DNA of 52,969 nt, filler included, from Catajapyx aquilonaris (taxonomy: Eukaryota), in NCBI GenBank assembly GCA_000934665.2. It is 2 parts of 2 records of this genome, joined end to end, with 100 filler letters (N's around TTAATTAATTAA, not from the genome) between each part and the next. Parts side by side here need not be neighbours in the genome. Positions count along the whole stretch, not along the records: positions 1 to 26,453 come from JYFJ02005211.1; 1 more part is not named here. One strand, given 5' to 3'. The position numbers were made by a program, and so were the translations under genes. The notes beneath the pieces are model-generated. The model was not told the DNA's origin. It made no database searches and worked only from the letters and a program-made list of their open reading frames with translations. Within the stretch, counting starts at the first letter, position 1. Every line of letters starts with the position of its first letter. Below are positions 1 through 15,000 of this stretch, piece after piece.

Positions 1-3000
1 TCTCTCCACTCGACCGCTTTGAATCGCAGTGGCAAAGTTGGGGGGATTTAGACGAGTATATATACACACACCTGGAGGGGGGGATTGGCTGAACCCCCGT
101 GTGCTTCAAGCTCAGGTGAAAGGCCTTTTGGAGAGAAGCCTCTGAAGCATCTTGTAGCTCAGGCGAGGACTTTGGGAGATGGGCTTTTTAATAGGATTAT
201 TGGCCTGGGTCGAATTGGCGGGCATGAACTAATCCAATTGGGACGCTTCTTCCACCTCCTGAGGTCGGGACTCCCAGAGACACAGCCAGCCAACTCTATA
301 GTCAACGCAATCTGTCACCCACCTTGACCCAAGTTTAGGTCACGTCCCAAAAAATAAGGGAAAGATAATTAGAGCAGGGGATAAGGACGGTTGGCACTTG
401 TTCCGGTTCCAATTAAATATGGCTTCCTCTCCTTGCATTGTGTGCCAATCCAGAGGCTTCCGGAAATGAGTTGATCAGCAGTTAGAAAAGGACGGGCGGT
501 AATTATATTAGTCAACTACGTGACTTGCGTGCGTCTCATTCTCGTCTCATCAACAACACAAAGAAAGCCAACAAAAAAAGGTTGAAGTACAGCCCCGTTA
601 TTTTGTGTATAAGAATAAATTTTGGTCGATATAATATCGCTGCAAAATACACAGTTGGCTTGGCGGATTTCTGAGTAATGGCTGGAAATTGCATGGTGAC
701 ATTGATCTCAGTTTTTATACCCTTTTGTTGTAAGTTTAGGAAAAAACTGCTGGCCATTAGTTTAGTGTACAGTCCCTGTATAGCGTGGGCCGTATTGATG
801 TGTACTGTAGTAAATTGAAGAGCGACACTGACCTGTTATCTAACCGTGACTATCGTACAAATCGCAGGACGATTCGACCCTGTCATCCTGCGTGCTTGGT
901 TAGGTTAACGGATGTATTTATTTAATTAGTGACGTAATGTTCGTATAGGTATGAATGCAAGCACCGTTAGCTATTACTTGTTAAAAGAGAAGGGATCTAC
1001 CTGTATAAGGCAGCTACTGTAATGACAACAATTGGGGCTTAAACGGCGCACTGTCTCCTCCGAATACAACTGAGTGAATCTTGGCGCAAATTGCAGCTTG
1101 TCATTGCGACACTGGAAACACTTGCTTTATTTGCATTTGAATGAAAACCGCCAGTCATCAGCCCTCCTAAAGTTATGCTCACTTTCAAAAGGGCCCATAT
1201 TGTGCGCCCTCCCAAGCTCGCTTTCAATATCAGATTGATCGACATATCGGGCGGTGCCTGCTCATTGTTGAAACAGGCATTGCACACGACTATTGCCCAG
1301 GTATAATAATAGACCCCCCCCCCCCAGGATGTGGATGTGGCTAAAATGTAGGCCTATAGCAGCCCAAAATTTGGTCTGCAGTGAGATCAGTAGATGGCGG
1401 AAGGGACACATACAGTTACTATTGAGCGATAGCACTAGAGCGCCATGCAGGCCGCACAATAGTCGCGCCCGGTACTATACAGCCCCCTGTATAGTTTCGG
1501 AGTCAAAGTTGTTGTGTTAGAAACTCTGGGGAAGTGCACTTGGCCTGCTCTCAGAACGTCCTTGCACCGCTTTGCCTCCTAATCTCAAAAGGAAACTTCA
1601 GAAACTTTGGCCCGCTCAGAGGGTATAAATTACTGCTGTACAGTACATGGCGTGTCTTTCACATATTATTGCAACTATTCACTGCTTGGTGGAGCACAAA
1701 ACTATCAATAGACGCATCTTAAAATTATTGAAACTTACTGACGTAACTCGATCGTTCCGAAACACTATGCGAACATTTTCTGAAATCGCAATTTTGTTAT
1801 TCTATACCTCCAGCCGTCCAGGTGATATTCATATCACGTTTCAAAATTTTTATGGAGCTTTCAGCAGACATGAGACGTCACGTTTTGCGGGTTCAAAAGG
1901 AAAGAGAAGACCTGACGTACTTGATAGATGGACTATATATGTGCAGTTTTTTTCCCCCCACATTCTATCTCTTCCTGCCGAAGATTCCACAGCAGTTTTT
2001 TTTTTTTTTTNGGGGGATGAATTCCGCGGCCCATGGCCCACCACACAAAATTGTTCCAATTGAGTACAGGACGATGTGCGGAGAAGGGGGCCGAGTTGCG
2101 AGTTATGGGTCATTGATTGCGAGTTTCCTGCTGACATTCCGGATCGGTCCATTTTTTATGTTCTCAATAGCGGTTTTCCCCTGATCAAAAAAAAGGAGAG
2201 AAAAAAAGGTTCAATAATAAAATTACAAATTGTCATATTCTGCTGCAGCTGAACTTCAATAGTATGTAAATTGTTGAAATTTTTTTGTCATACAAGTATA
2301 TGAATATTTTTGCGCCTTTTGAAGTATACACAAGATCCTTTTTTTGGTGTAGCTTCTGAGATTTTGTGCGCGATGACCCCGGTGACATTTAGCACCTGAG
2401 ATTCCAGGTTGGTGTGACCTGGAGGTTAAAAGGGTGACGTTGGGTCCGTTTGGCTCTGCTGGGAGGGTCATTCGAAATCAGATTAAAGCCATGTCAGGGC
2501 CATCGCGTAGGGTAGTTTCGCTTGGTTCCGGACCTGCCCCCGGAATTTTAATGGCCGCATTTGACCGACGCCAGATTTGTGTCTGGAGCCAGCTCGAAAC
2601 CACTTTTGGAGACACTTTCAATGGTCGCTTCCAGGATCGGCAGAGAGAATAATGTATTTTTTTTCGAGAGACACGGGAAGTTCATAAGTTTTTTAAGTGG
2701 CGGTCTGGCACTATTTTTAACCGATTTGTTAATTTAGTGGGAGCGGCTCTCGTCCTTGCCCTCGCCTAATGAATGTTACATAACCTGTGGTATGAAGAGA
2801 CACTCTGCGTTTGAACACTGTACAAGTATTAAAAGACTAGTCTTATTTTGTAAAGAGGAATTTTGAAGAACACTCAGGGATTGTTGCTTGTATTTAATCC
2901 TGATTTGCTAGGGTAAGTAATCCGTAACTTTCCCTCGGACTACAGGGATGTGTGCAGAGCACCGTAAATGCGCAATTAATGATGATTCTTTAGATTATCA

Positions 3001-6000
3001 ACGGCGCATAAGCGTTACGTTAATGATAATTATTACAGCTGGTTGAAGCCATATCCGCGGGTAGCTACCGGCACAAAGTAATACAATTACAGGCAAAATT
3101 GCAGTGCGCAGTACATACGCGTGCAGGACCGAAATTTCAAAATCTGGTCTCTATATACTAGGAAGCTGTACTCATTATTTTTTTAAAGGCATTGTAAAAT
3201 CAAATTAAAGGAATTGTGTGGACTTGGACAGTAGTCCTGCAATACCTTATGAAATTTGACACTTCTGGCAGTTTCCACCGTCGCAAAATATATTTTATGT
3301 CAACGTCGCTCAGTTTTATCTGCCAGTCGACATTCCTAGAGACTCGACGCAACAATGTGCGAGTGGCCTTTTCCAGCACGCAAATTTTGGGCCACAAATA
3401 TTTTGTCTCTGCATTATATCTTCTGGCATCTTGAACTTTACCTCCCACTGCATGTTTCACGAGCCTGGAACAACACGTCTGCCCCGCGGGCTGTCACTTA
3501 CTGGGACCTGAATGGCAAATAATTCACGAGTCTCCTTCCTGGCAACAGTGAAGGTCGCAAAACGTATATAATACAGGGTGGTGCATTGTCTAAGTAATCA
3601 GTTCAAGAACTATATAACTCAGAGCAGCTTTTGCTTTTTTTTAATTAAAAAATTTGCAAACTGGAACAGACGCATTCGGGGCAGTTGGCACACCTTCGCC
3701 GACATAACGTCATTTCCCAATCCGGTGCACATAATTACCAGGTAGCGGAAATGCAACCACATCCATTTCAATAACCTTTGGGCCATCCGACCCATCCCAT
3801 ACCCACACCCGTAATAAAATAGAACCCGCGGCGAGCTGTCCGAACCATTCGCTCAGCCATCAGCACAAATCAGTCATTAACAAAGACCGATGCAGCTAAA
3901 GGCTTGTAATTATCGCCACCCCAAAACGGAGCTTCATTAACTGCAGGGGGGGCAATCAGGATCTACATATACACTCAAGATGCAGCAAATTAACTTTTTT
4001 TCTGAAGAACAGATGAAATATGAGCAGTCCGATAATTTTAATACCATAATTTGAGTTGATACCACTGTACATGAAAGTGCATAATCGGTGTTTATAAAAG
4101 GTAAGTTTATGCAAATTGGCGACTAGCGTTGATGCGAATCTACCAACGTTTAACGGCAATATTTTTTGCATCAGAAAATGGCAAACAATACGTTCAAAAA
4201 ATGCCATAATTCAAAATGAAGTAATGACTAATTACTACCCTGCGTGGAATTAAATCCGCGAATTTAAGACGATTTTTATACCCAGTAATTAATTACGTCA
4301 CATGATAGAGTTGTGTTTACGGCAGAAATTACAGTGCATAATTCAGCGGATGACCGATATAAAATGCAATGGTAAACAACCGGTCGTAATATGAATTTGC
4401 GTAAAATTGAGGCTTCGCAGGTAGGCTTCCGCTTCCCTGTGTTTCGCTCGTTAATTAATGTAGACATGTCCAATCGAACCTTGATTACCCCCCAGTCAAT
4501 TTGAAACCGCCTGTAACATATTATTGATATAAACAATTTACGGCTATGAAATTGCGCTGTATTTTGCATCTCAAAACGGACATCAAGCAATATATATTTT
4601 TTCCCAGAAAGAGCAAGGAAGCATGTTTCCAAGTCATGTAGTTGATTTAACATCTCCCGAGGGAAATTTCCCTTCCCTGAGACCAATTTGGTGTCTTCCT
4701 CCTTATACACACACACACAGGCACACACAAAAAAATGGAAATACTAATTCTGCAGAGTACACGTCTACATACGGAGCCGAATTTTTCAGGGACTAATCCA
4801 GCTGTAATTCTGCATCATGTCTGGGGTCCAGGTATATATCGATAGTCCCGGAGGCGACAGGTGAAATTACGTGGGACCCAAAATGCTCCGTTCGCAAAAA
4901 TATTCCGCACAGTCGGGGGACAGCAAGGAAAAGCGAATCAATTATGCAAAGTTCAGCCCTCCCCGAAAGCTGATTCTTCCTCTTTTCTGACAGATGTTCC
5001 CAGAGGAATTTTCCAGGCCGCTCCAAAAGGATAAACCTACCCTGGGCTGTTACTCTCAAAATTAAATTTCATCCCCCCCCCTTCCCTCCTCTTCCCATAC
5101 CCTTCAACAAGGAGCTATACAATGCAATGTAAGTTATATTCCTTCTGGAATGATTAAAAGAGGCTCTGGCAAGGAGCATTATCGAGATTTCCCAGCGAGA
5201 CGAGAGGTATCCGACGATATCTCACCCGGATCCCATTCATAACCGCAAACCCATTAAAATCAAGGTGCAAACAAGCATTACACTTCTCATTTCTCCGAGC
5301 AAAACCTACCAAGCTTAACGCCAGCTCTACGAGTACAATCTATCAGCGGCCACTGATCTGACAGTGCAACGTAAATCTGGTTCAATCCAACTTTGTTCTC
5401 CAAGAAGTTAAGAGTGGGGAGGGGGGGGGGATTAAAGCCCTGGCTTTGTAATAAGACTTGACTTTTTTGGGGGGAGGGTCGACCCCCCTGATGAGGTTAG
5501 CTCTGATTACTCTTGCCCTCTGGAGTGTTGTGAACACCGGCAGATTAAAGTGGAGGTCAAGGAGCATCGGAATGGGTAAACAGGTCCTTTGAAATATGAT
5601 CCAAAATTATGGCCCAATTTATTTTGCATTTGATCCAGTTAGGATCTTAATTCAGAACCGTAACGAATATTTTTTGTGGATACCAGTATGTTCTTTAAAA
5701 ATTCTTCAAATATTTCTGCACACCTATACGAAATATTGCACACAATATTTTCATCTGATCATTTCATTTTCATCCGAAAGAATGCGGTCCTGGTATATAT
5801 AGGACGTCATGCTGTGAATGAATTTCGTTCGCATAAAAAGGCGCTTCTCAAAAAGTAATGCAAGGCTCTGTAGTCATAACAATTCTACGATGATAATCAC
5901 GTACTTGCGAGGAGAAATAATCTGGGATTACAATCACAGAAGCGGTGGTATTACGTTCCCAAAGTTTCCGTCAAGTTTCGGAAGGGGAGTGGAATAATAT

Positions 6001-9000
6001 TAAGAAGAGAAGTGGAGTTTTGCCATTTTTGCAATGCAAAAGAACCCTCTAGGTATTTAAACATTGTAAAGGTACGGCTCGCCTTCATCAAACGGAGATC
6101 CGGATCAAAGTTGAACAATTCGCATGAGAAACTGGCAACGAGTGTTTCTTTTCATTTTCAAAGTTTTTTTCCCCCCCACCTGCCGGGGTTTCTTCTTGTT
6201 GAAACAATTTCTTCCTCGACGATATAAATCTCGTCCCCTGCATTTTCTGCCAAGGACGTGACCAGATCCTGAAGCATTTATTCCGGGAATAAGTTTCTGC
6301 CCGTGACCGGATTATAATTCAGAGAAAAAATTTTTAAAAAAAGGAAGTAGAGATATTCGAAGCTTGAGAGCTCTTCTTTTGTTGTTTTTCCCCCTTCCAG
6401 TAGATCAGTCTTTTGAGTTCCAAAAACTGGGATGATGTTCTCTGCAGACGCGGCAAGGCACTTCTGGCTGGGGGGGTTAACAGCACGTCAGTTTCCGCTT
6501 TGATTAATGAATTAGTCCTCTAGCTCCCGTACAGTTTTTTGACGCCATTGGCCCTCAGTTAATCATCGTCAAGAGTGACACTTGCACATAATGCCCGGGC
6601 GCGTCTGGGCCCAAAACTTCGGAAATCTTTTTTCCGGAGGAAATAAAGGGAACGGAAGCCGATGGAGGAGGTGGGGAGGGGGGGGGGGAGGGCTGTTTAC
6701 TTTCCAAACGAAAACGAATGGTCAAAGATTAGTCTTGTAGCGAGCACTGAAATATTTAGTGTCTGCCTAGTGTGCTCGCTGAAGGTAAAGCGGATAAATG
6801 CACTCTAAGCACTCGGAACAAACAAATCTAACAGAAAAAAAGAGGAAACCTTCGCTGTAGCTACATGTGGAGCTTCTCATGTTTACTTAAAGTTCAGTCT
6901 ATATTCAGGGCGGTCCAACCAAACATGAACACGGATTATACTGTTGCTGATTATTCAATCTGAATGAATTATTGTTTCCATTAGATGTCCATAAATAATT
7001 TTACTGCGGAAATGTATGGGCGAACACTATATTTAGACAAATCGCTGTTTTCATGATACGTTGAGCCATGCGAGTGAAAGAATTTCAACGCTTCCAAATA
7101 GAGCTGCAGATTTTTTTTCTCTCTCTTCGAAATCATCAGCAGCTCTGATGCTCTCGAATGAACGAATCAGAGTTTCGAGACCCTGAAAAGCTATGAATTC
7201 AGATCCATTGGCAACCGATATGAAAAGCCGAGCTCTTCCAACAGGAAGCACCTGAATTTACACAGCACCATTTACTGCAACCAAATTTGTAACAAAGGCA
7301 ATGGGGACTGAATGACACCTCTTAAATCAAGTTCCTGCTGTTGGGAAAGAGAGAGAGAGAGAGAGACCCTGGGTGTGAAATCCCGAGTGAGATTTCGATG
7401 GGTACTACTCCCGCGAGAAATTCTTCAGATTGCGATCAGCAAGAGTTGCAGAAAGTCAGTTTCTGCTCTGCAACAAAAGCGAGCCTCGTCTGCAAGTGCG
7501 GCCATTTTCTACCAAAGAGAACCCGTCTTATCGCCTCCGGTGACAAGGTGGTAAAGAAGCGGGACAAGGACGATCAGATGATACCAAAAACACATTCTAG
7601 AATGCGGCCATTTTTTTTAATACAAAAAAAGAAAATTCCAAAAACCCTAGCAGCTACTCTATCTGACGGAGGCGTCACCAAACTAAATGGTGCGTTCAGA
7701 GGATCGAACTAGGAACCTAAATAACTCAGGAGGTTAAAAATGAGAATGCACCTGCGAGCCCTACGATTACTGACCCAATTTGGCGTTAGAAGTGTAGTCA
7801 CGCGATGGGATTTTTTTTAAAAAAAGGAAAGGCTTGCATGATCACGGAAGAGTCCGGTTTTAATAGTCTTCCCTGATTGGTTCTAGAGAGAGAAAATGCT
7901 TATTATAGTCGCAGGTATCGACTCTGCGTGCGGGAAGCGTTCCCTGGAAATTTGTGTAGAGGTACTTTGCATTTAGGCTGATTGCAAGACTGTCCGAAAA
8001 ATGTGTATTGGGTCACCCTGTATTCGCTGGAAATGTCGATATTAATAATGAAACAAGTGGCGAGAGCAAGAATGTCCGGATCGTATATTGCAGCAGGAGC
8101 CATTCATAAAAAAGGAAGGAAGACGCAACTTTTTTTTTCTTCTCCTTCTCGGACATTCTGACGACACATAATTTGTCACCGGCTGCTGGCTATAACGGCA
8201 GGCTCTGAATGACTTTGTGAGAAGCAGCCTCACAGCGGTGCACACCATGAAGCAAAAAGCTCAGGGCATTAAAGTGGGGGTGGGCTCTTTCCTTTACGAT
8301 CTGGCCGCCAATTTTTGATGGACATGGTCACGTTGACCTCTTCCTCTTTTTTCCCTGCCCGGATCCTTATTCTTACACGGATTCTGTTGAAAAGCGGCCG
8401 ATTGTGCCTTATATGCTGGCTTGTGCTGAATCCAATTACCTCGGTGTGAAAACCCCCAAAGAGTAATGGCGCCCTTGAATAATAAGGTCTGGATGGATGG
8501 ATAGGTAAAAAGGTGTTTAGAAATTCTAGTGCAGGCCGGGCTCTCCTTTTTCTTCATTCTTCTCTCCAATTCCTTCATCAATCTTGTCAACAATAGACGC
8601 TTGAAATCCAACTATGTGGACCGCGGTTCATTTGTTGAGGAGTGAAAAGTCGGATTGGGTTTCAGGCGAGTCCGACTTTTATGTTAGTAGCCTATAGGAG
8701 GGGCTATAAATCGCAAGGTCAAAAGTTGGTGTCGGATATGTTTCAGGTGCTCTCATCTTTAACGAAGAGTTGCACTTTGGAGAAATATATTGCAACCCCT
8801 AATTTTTAAGAGAGGAAATGTGTGACCCTGTGGAGTACCTAGTTTGTTGGTGACACTTGAAAATTATCAGGTATATATAAGCACATGGAATGAGTGCAAC
8901 TGAAAACTGCATTACATCTGATATGCTGCAAGTGCGTGTATGGCCCCAAGTGATATTTAGTTTAACTGCCGGATAATTATTAAAACCACTGCAGCTCTAT

Positions 9001-12000
9001 ATTGTTGGAATATCGGGCATATTGAGTGCAAATTAGTAGCATACATTGTATTTGAGCTCCCCCTGCCATTGTGCTGCGTTTACTGGGTTTCTCATTAGCG
9101 CCAGCAGCTGACAAACTCTGGACTTGGACCCCCGCATTTTTTTGGGACATTGGTGGTGATGATCCAGATAACTAGCATGCAGTAATTGATTGTGTGAAAC
9201 CACACCCTTCATTTCAACATGGCGTTTGTTGCAAAATGAGTTATGACTCACATTGTCTCGCCTAATGTCGCTCTCCTTACCACCAATTAATAGGTGTGAC
9301 GATGCACTGAAATAATTGCACAATTGAGTTCATGTCTGCTAAAATTTCAATGTTTTCTGCTCCTTGCTGATTACATAACTGCTTTTCAAAAAAAATATAC
9401 GTAGCGTCATGATGCGTTAGGAGGCCTGAACCTGCGAGATATACCTGCGGAGGTCAATTGGAAATTTAATGGGGCGTGGCCTTCTTCACGGATCAGCGCA
9501 AAAAGCCTCGACGGAGGCTGCCAAAGTCGCTATCGCTCTCGGACCGACGCGAAATTTCGCGAGACTTGTCACACACCATTCGTCTCGCCCGATTGGCCCG
9601 CTCCAAGTCTTTTTAACGAAAGAAAAAAAAAACTACATAGTGCAGGCAACATCGCACCAAAACAGACTTTTGGCAGGCAGATTTCATTCCCTGACACCTT
9701 TTGCGAAAAAAGGGCTGAAAAATGGCGAACTTTTAGATATAAAGGACAGAACTGCAGTTTCCGATTTACGCGTGGTTTCTTTGGGCGATTAATTTTCTTT
9801 TGCGGTAAGTACTGAGAACTTGAGAGGAAATTGAATCTGCCTCGCGGTGCGGGTAGTTGGAGGTAGGATACATTGGGTTGAAAGTAATCGAATGCTGCAA
9901 GTTCTTAGAGAAAGAGACTCAGGGAAAAAAAAGTAATGATCAAGAGAAAAGAAGCGCCGCGTCTCTTTGATCACTGAGGTCAAGTAAATTGGAGAACAAT
10001 TGGAGGGAATGTAATGGGAGTGAAGCAGTTCAGAGGATATCAGTGCCTGTGATGAGTAGAGAGTTTAAGAGTTTCAAACTCTATTTGCGGATTGATCAGG
10101 GTTTTTTTCGCATGTTTTAAGTTCATGACGCATACCTTTGCTGGATTCAATTTCATTATTGTGCACACAACCAACAGCGTTGATTCTACTTCAAAGTAGA
10201 TGAAAATAATTCAGCGAGTGTGTTTCGCGACCAGCACCATATTTTGGCAGTATGTCAGCTCATAATTTGCAAACGGCCATTACACAGTTTTAATGACATT
10301 CGACATTATCAGCACCCTCCGATACATGTTTTTGTGACTATTCATATGGCTCCATTTTCCTTAAGTTATTGCTTGGAACATGGCATCGAATCGCTTTGTA
10401 GAAACGTTATCACCGTTTTCATTCACTGTGTGTACAGCGTGGCGTTATATTCATTTGCATATAATGAATCGTGAAATCTGCGATTATGGATCATGCACAA
10501 ACTGACACCAGGGTCCTATTGGCGCGATTACAAAGCTCGATCCCACAGTTTGAAAACCATAGACAATGGCAGGATATAAAACTTTTTAGGCCACACGCTT
10601 CCATGCAATTCGTCCTTCTTCATTACCCCCGGATAAGAGTACAGATACGCAATTATTCCTCCCAAAAAATGTAATCGCAAAGGTAAGCAGGTTTTATGCT
10701 CGTCCTATCCACATTTTTACGTTGAATGATGAGCACTTTCACATAATAATTGTGTCAACGCTTTTGCAGTTATATCTCTCATACTCGTATTATTACGCAC
10801 CATTTGCACTAAAAACGCAACTGTAATGTAGATCTTCTGCACATACAGGGCGCCATAGTAGGCTAAATTCAGTAATTAGTAAATGATATGCCTCGCAGCT
10901 TACACCCCGCCTTTTTTTTGATGGGACCGGATTTAATTACGGTGCCGGATGCGATTGCGAAAAAAAATATCTCCGGACTTGCTTCGAACAGCCAAAAGGT
11001 CCTCGGGTCCTTCCGACTTTTCCTTTTTTATATATACACACGATCCAATTATAATCCGGAGAAGTCCTTTTCCTCTTCTTTTTCTCTTTTTTTTGTGCAA
11101 GAAAATGCCCCCCTTGGAGTAGTACCGATAATGGAATTGGACATGAACTACCCCTCCCCCCGTCCCCCTCCGGCATTCCACTTTAATCAAGTGCGTCGAC
11201 TTTGAAGATGAAGTTTCCTCACTTGATGACTGCTAACTCCTGTTTGCGAGACGAACCCTGATTGAGTTACCGCTGATAATTCAAGACCTAACAACTTTTT
11301 GTTAGGCGAAGCCTTCGCTCCATGTAATTTCAATATTTTAATAGGTTTATTACTATATATTACACCTGCAGCCAGATTACACTCATAATGAATCTTTTGG
11401 GAGACAAATGTCAGCTAATTCATCACAGCATAATTTTCTTATCGTGCTATTACGTATGGACATGATAAAAAAAAGAGAGGGTTATGGTTGGATAGAGCAG
11501 CCTGCGAGGTCCATAATAATCTCCTTTCCTTTGCATTCCTGTCGGGTTTTCCCTCCTGGCAAGACGTGTATTGCATGGAAGAGTCTAACCCCCTCCGGAA
11601 ACGCCTTCTTGGTTTGTTCAGCCGGAAGTTATCCGAGGGAAATATTTTAACGTTTCTAGGTGTCTCTCGAAGGGGGGGGGGGTGGGGGTGGGAGGGCAGG
11701 TTGAGCCGAAAAAGACGTCACAGAGAGTTAGGAAGAGGCTGAGCGCTTTGCAATTAACTTGGGATAATTATGAGGTCACGTAAAGTTTCCCCCCAACTCG
11801 AAAGGTTGCCCTCTTGCTGAGCTGAACAAGCTGCCTTGATGGCAACAAAATGTCTCAACATTGTTATTTTCTCATTTCGAGCTTAATTTTTTTAGCCCAT
11901 GAAAATGGATTAATTTTTTTTTGCCTTGTGCAAGTATACTGCTAGCGCATACAAGTCGAGCAGAAGTTGCTGACGTGGACGCAGTCAAGTTATGTTTGGG

Positions 12001-15000
12001 AGTTAATTATCCTTCTTTATGCATCGTTGCTGTTCACTCTTAACTTGGAATTACAATAATTTCCAGGAGCACAGGCGCTTTCATTTGAATATAATTACGC
12101 TGCAGTATGTACGCACACATGTTTAACAAGTTGCGTGGGGCCGAGCTCGTTTATATAAATTAATTTAAATGTGATTGTTTAAGATAGAATGTGCAGTACA
12201 TATGCATATAACAACTCCCTTGTATAATTGCGTATATATTTCCTTGCTGATTTGCAGTATCCCTCCGAGCAGCAAAGTTAATCTGGGAGGAGAAGAGTAG
12301 AAAAGTGAAACCTTGACACAAGTTAATAGTGCGGAACAACCTTTTTGCAAGGAGGAGTTTTCGTGAGAGGAATGCGATGGCAGGCAGCACTTCACAGAAC
12401 TTGAAACACTGTCGGCCAACTCGTTTCTTATTAGGTGAAGAAGGCAGCAGGAAAGCTCATTCCTAGCAATTACACTCAACTGATCGATATAGTACAGTGG
12501 CATCGTGCGAAAAAAAAAATTATAGTCCAAGCTTTTGCTGGAGAAAAAGTTTGTTGGCTCGCAATATTTTGAAAGCACCCCCTTGCCTCTATATTTGGCG
12601 CTCGTACCAAGGCTAAGATTAGAAATAACGATAATAAACCATCCCACGGCTCCCATTTTCTGCCCGGATGTGAGGATTAAACTAATCGTAAATCTTCATC
12701 AAATATAAAGCAGAAGCATCCACAAGGGGTTAATTGAAGAGTTATTTCCGAAATGAGCCTGGATTTTTTTTGTTGTTTTGATAAAAAGAAGGATGAGCAA
12801 CTCTGATTCCGTGTGGAAAATACGCCCTGTAATCATTTGAGGCATATTTTACGATGAACCGGTGGTAAATGAGATTAAATCTCTGGAGGCCACACCGTTA
12901 GCAGAATGTAAAGGAATGGAATTATTTACTTAATTTTTTGGGCAGAATGCGGTGCAACATTGGGTTTGACACTGCCCCTGCTTCCAGAAATTGTTTCTCT
13001 TACATTATAGACCTCAAAGCTGAATCAATAACAGCACAGGTTCTGCCTTCGTTCCAACCCTTTGCCCCTTCGAAATTTCACTTCTGGTCAGAATACCGCA
13101 GTCGGAATGACTCGGAATTGCGTAATTTCAGTCTCGGTTGCCCCCCGGAATATTGCAGAATGCGATTTACCGCCTGCATAAACTTGACCTGACAATATTC
13201 GCTGCTGGAAACTGCAAAAGGACCGCCCTCCCACAATATTCGCCACAAGCACTGCTACATCGTACACCAAAATGTAGGTAATTTTCTGCCGTCCGCTTGT
13301 TCACTCCAGCAACCATGAACACGACAAAGAAATTTCAATTTATTTTTTTTGTACAGTATCTGGTTTAATGAATCATTACATAATCCAGGTTTGGCACAAC
13401 AACTTAACCGCGAACTATTTCAGGAAGAAGCCTTTATGAATATGCATAATAATTGTGTGTGGGTTGCGTTTAGAATTCCCGATGGGCTCTACATTACCAG
13501 CGATCCGACCAGGAATAATCTCCCATTCGACTGATAGATAATAGCAATCGAGGGATTGACGGATTGCCTTTGATATGATGCAACGCATGTAATGCAGATG
13601 TAGGCAAAATCCGGGATGTTTAATCATGCAAAAATATTCACCCCGCAATTTTTATTTTCCGGGTGTAATAATTTGTGGTCCATCTTCACATTTTTTAAGC
13701 AAAAATATATGGCTTTTCTGTAATTTTCGAACATTTTTATGGCGTCATTTTTTCCCCGCCACATGAAAGCATTGCTGGCCAACATTTCCTGATTAATTAT
13801 TTTTTCTGGCTCCGCCCCACGGTTCTATGCACAATTATGACCAGCTGTGATGAAACGGCACAAACTCATCATATACTTTGATCTATTTTTTTCGGGATAG
13901 TTTCAAATGTACCTGCGCCCAGGTCTGATGTCACCGGTTGAAGTCAGGTGTCGGATGCTGGAAATGAAATCTGTCAATGGACACCGCTGGCGACAAAGCG
14001 GAAAAGTGGGTGGTGGGAGGGTCCACCGGTAATTGAGTTAGTCATCGACAAGAGCACTTTGGGNGGGGGGGAGAGGGTGTTTTTTTGATCCTCGAATTGG
14101 GAAGGAAGGTTGAGATTGGTGCTTTTCCGCACCGATCTTTCTAATCCTAGAGTCCCTTCCATCCCCCCACAAACCCCAAGCCTGTCTCCGATTTCATTTG
14201 GATCAAAGTCGCAGGAAACAAGATTAGAGCGTAGGATTTTCTGAGCGGGACATACGGCGCAATTTCCTGTCCAAAGGCGCCACCAACTGATAAGGGACGT
14301 CCGGGAGGTTCCTCTCACTCTCTATACATGCATGCAATTTTAATGTGTGTAAAATTGACAATTGGGTAGAAAATGTTTGATTGAACTGTACCTATGAAGC
14401 CCATATTTTAGTGATCGTTGTTAGCCCGTTGAAATGGACAGAACCGTGTAATTAGGGCACCCAGGTCATGCAGGACAAAAGTCATTTCAGACACTGCATA
14501 TATTTGAAACAGGGGAGGGAGAATAATTTACGGCTTATCGATCAAGTTTGTGGCTGAAGCCCTCGTAATGGGCGGCGTCCTTTCTCCGAATCGATTTTGC
14601 CATAAAATTTCTAATTAATGAGAGGCCTCTGGCGTAATCAGTCTTTGCACGTCCACTGTGCGCCGAATATCCCCCCCCTGCTCAAATTTGGAAGATGATG
14701 GTAACTTAAGCTTCGGGGGGCAGCGTTGCCAATATTCGTGTGTCCAAAAGTCAGGGAGAAAAATTATTGGAGAGGAATCTGCACCTGTAACAATGTCAGA
14801 GTTGAAAATGTTGTTCTACGTTTGTTTTCAGAGCTGGCCAGGTTAATTCTACGCTTAGGGATATTTCCACATCCAAAAGTTTGAAAAAACAAGTATAGCT
14901 TTGCGGATAAATATCTGACATTTTCACTTTTTACTCCTGTCCGGCCTTTGAACTGAGAGAATATTGTCTGTTGTATACAAACTGGACGTTAGCTGCTGCA

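Noticed and set aside
2011..2011. Isolated N bases in homopolymer runs (also about 14064 and 23615)
   Set aside because: These are sequencing or consensus ambiguities, not biology.
4674..4695. TCCCTGAGACC resembling the miR-125/lin-4 5' end
   Set aside because: Only 11 nt match and I see no complementary hairpin arm.
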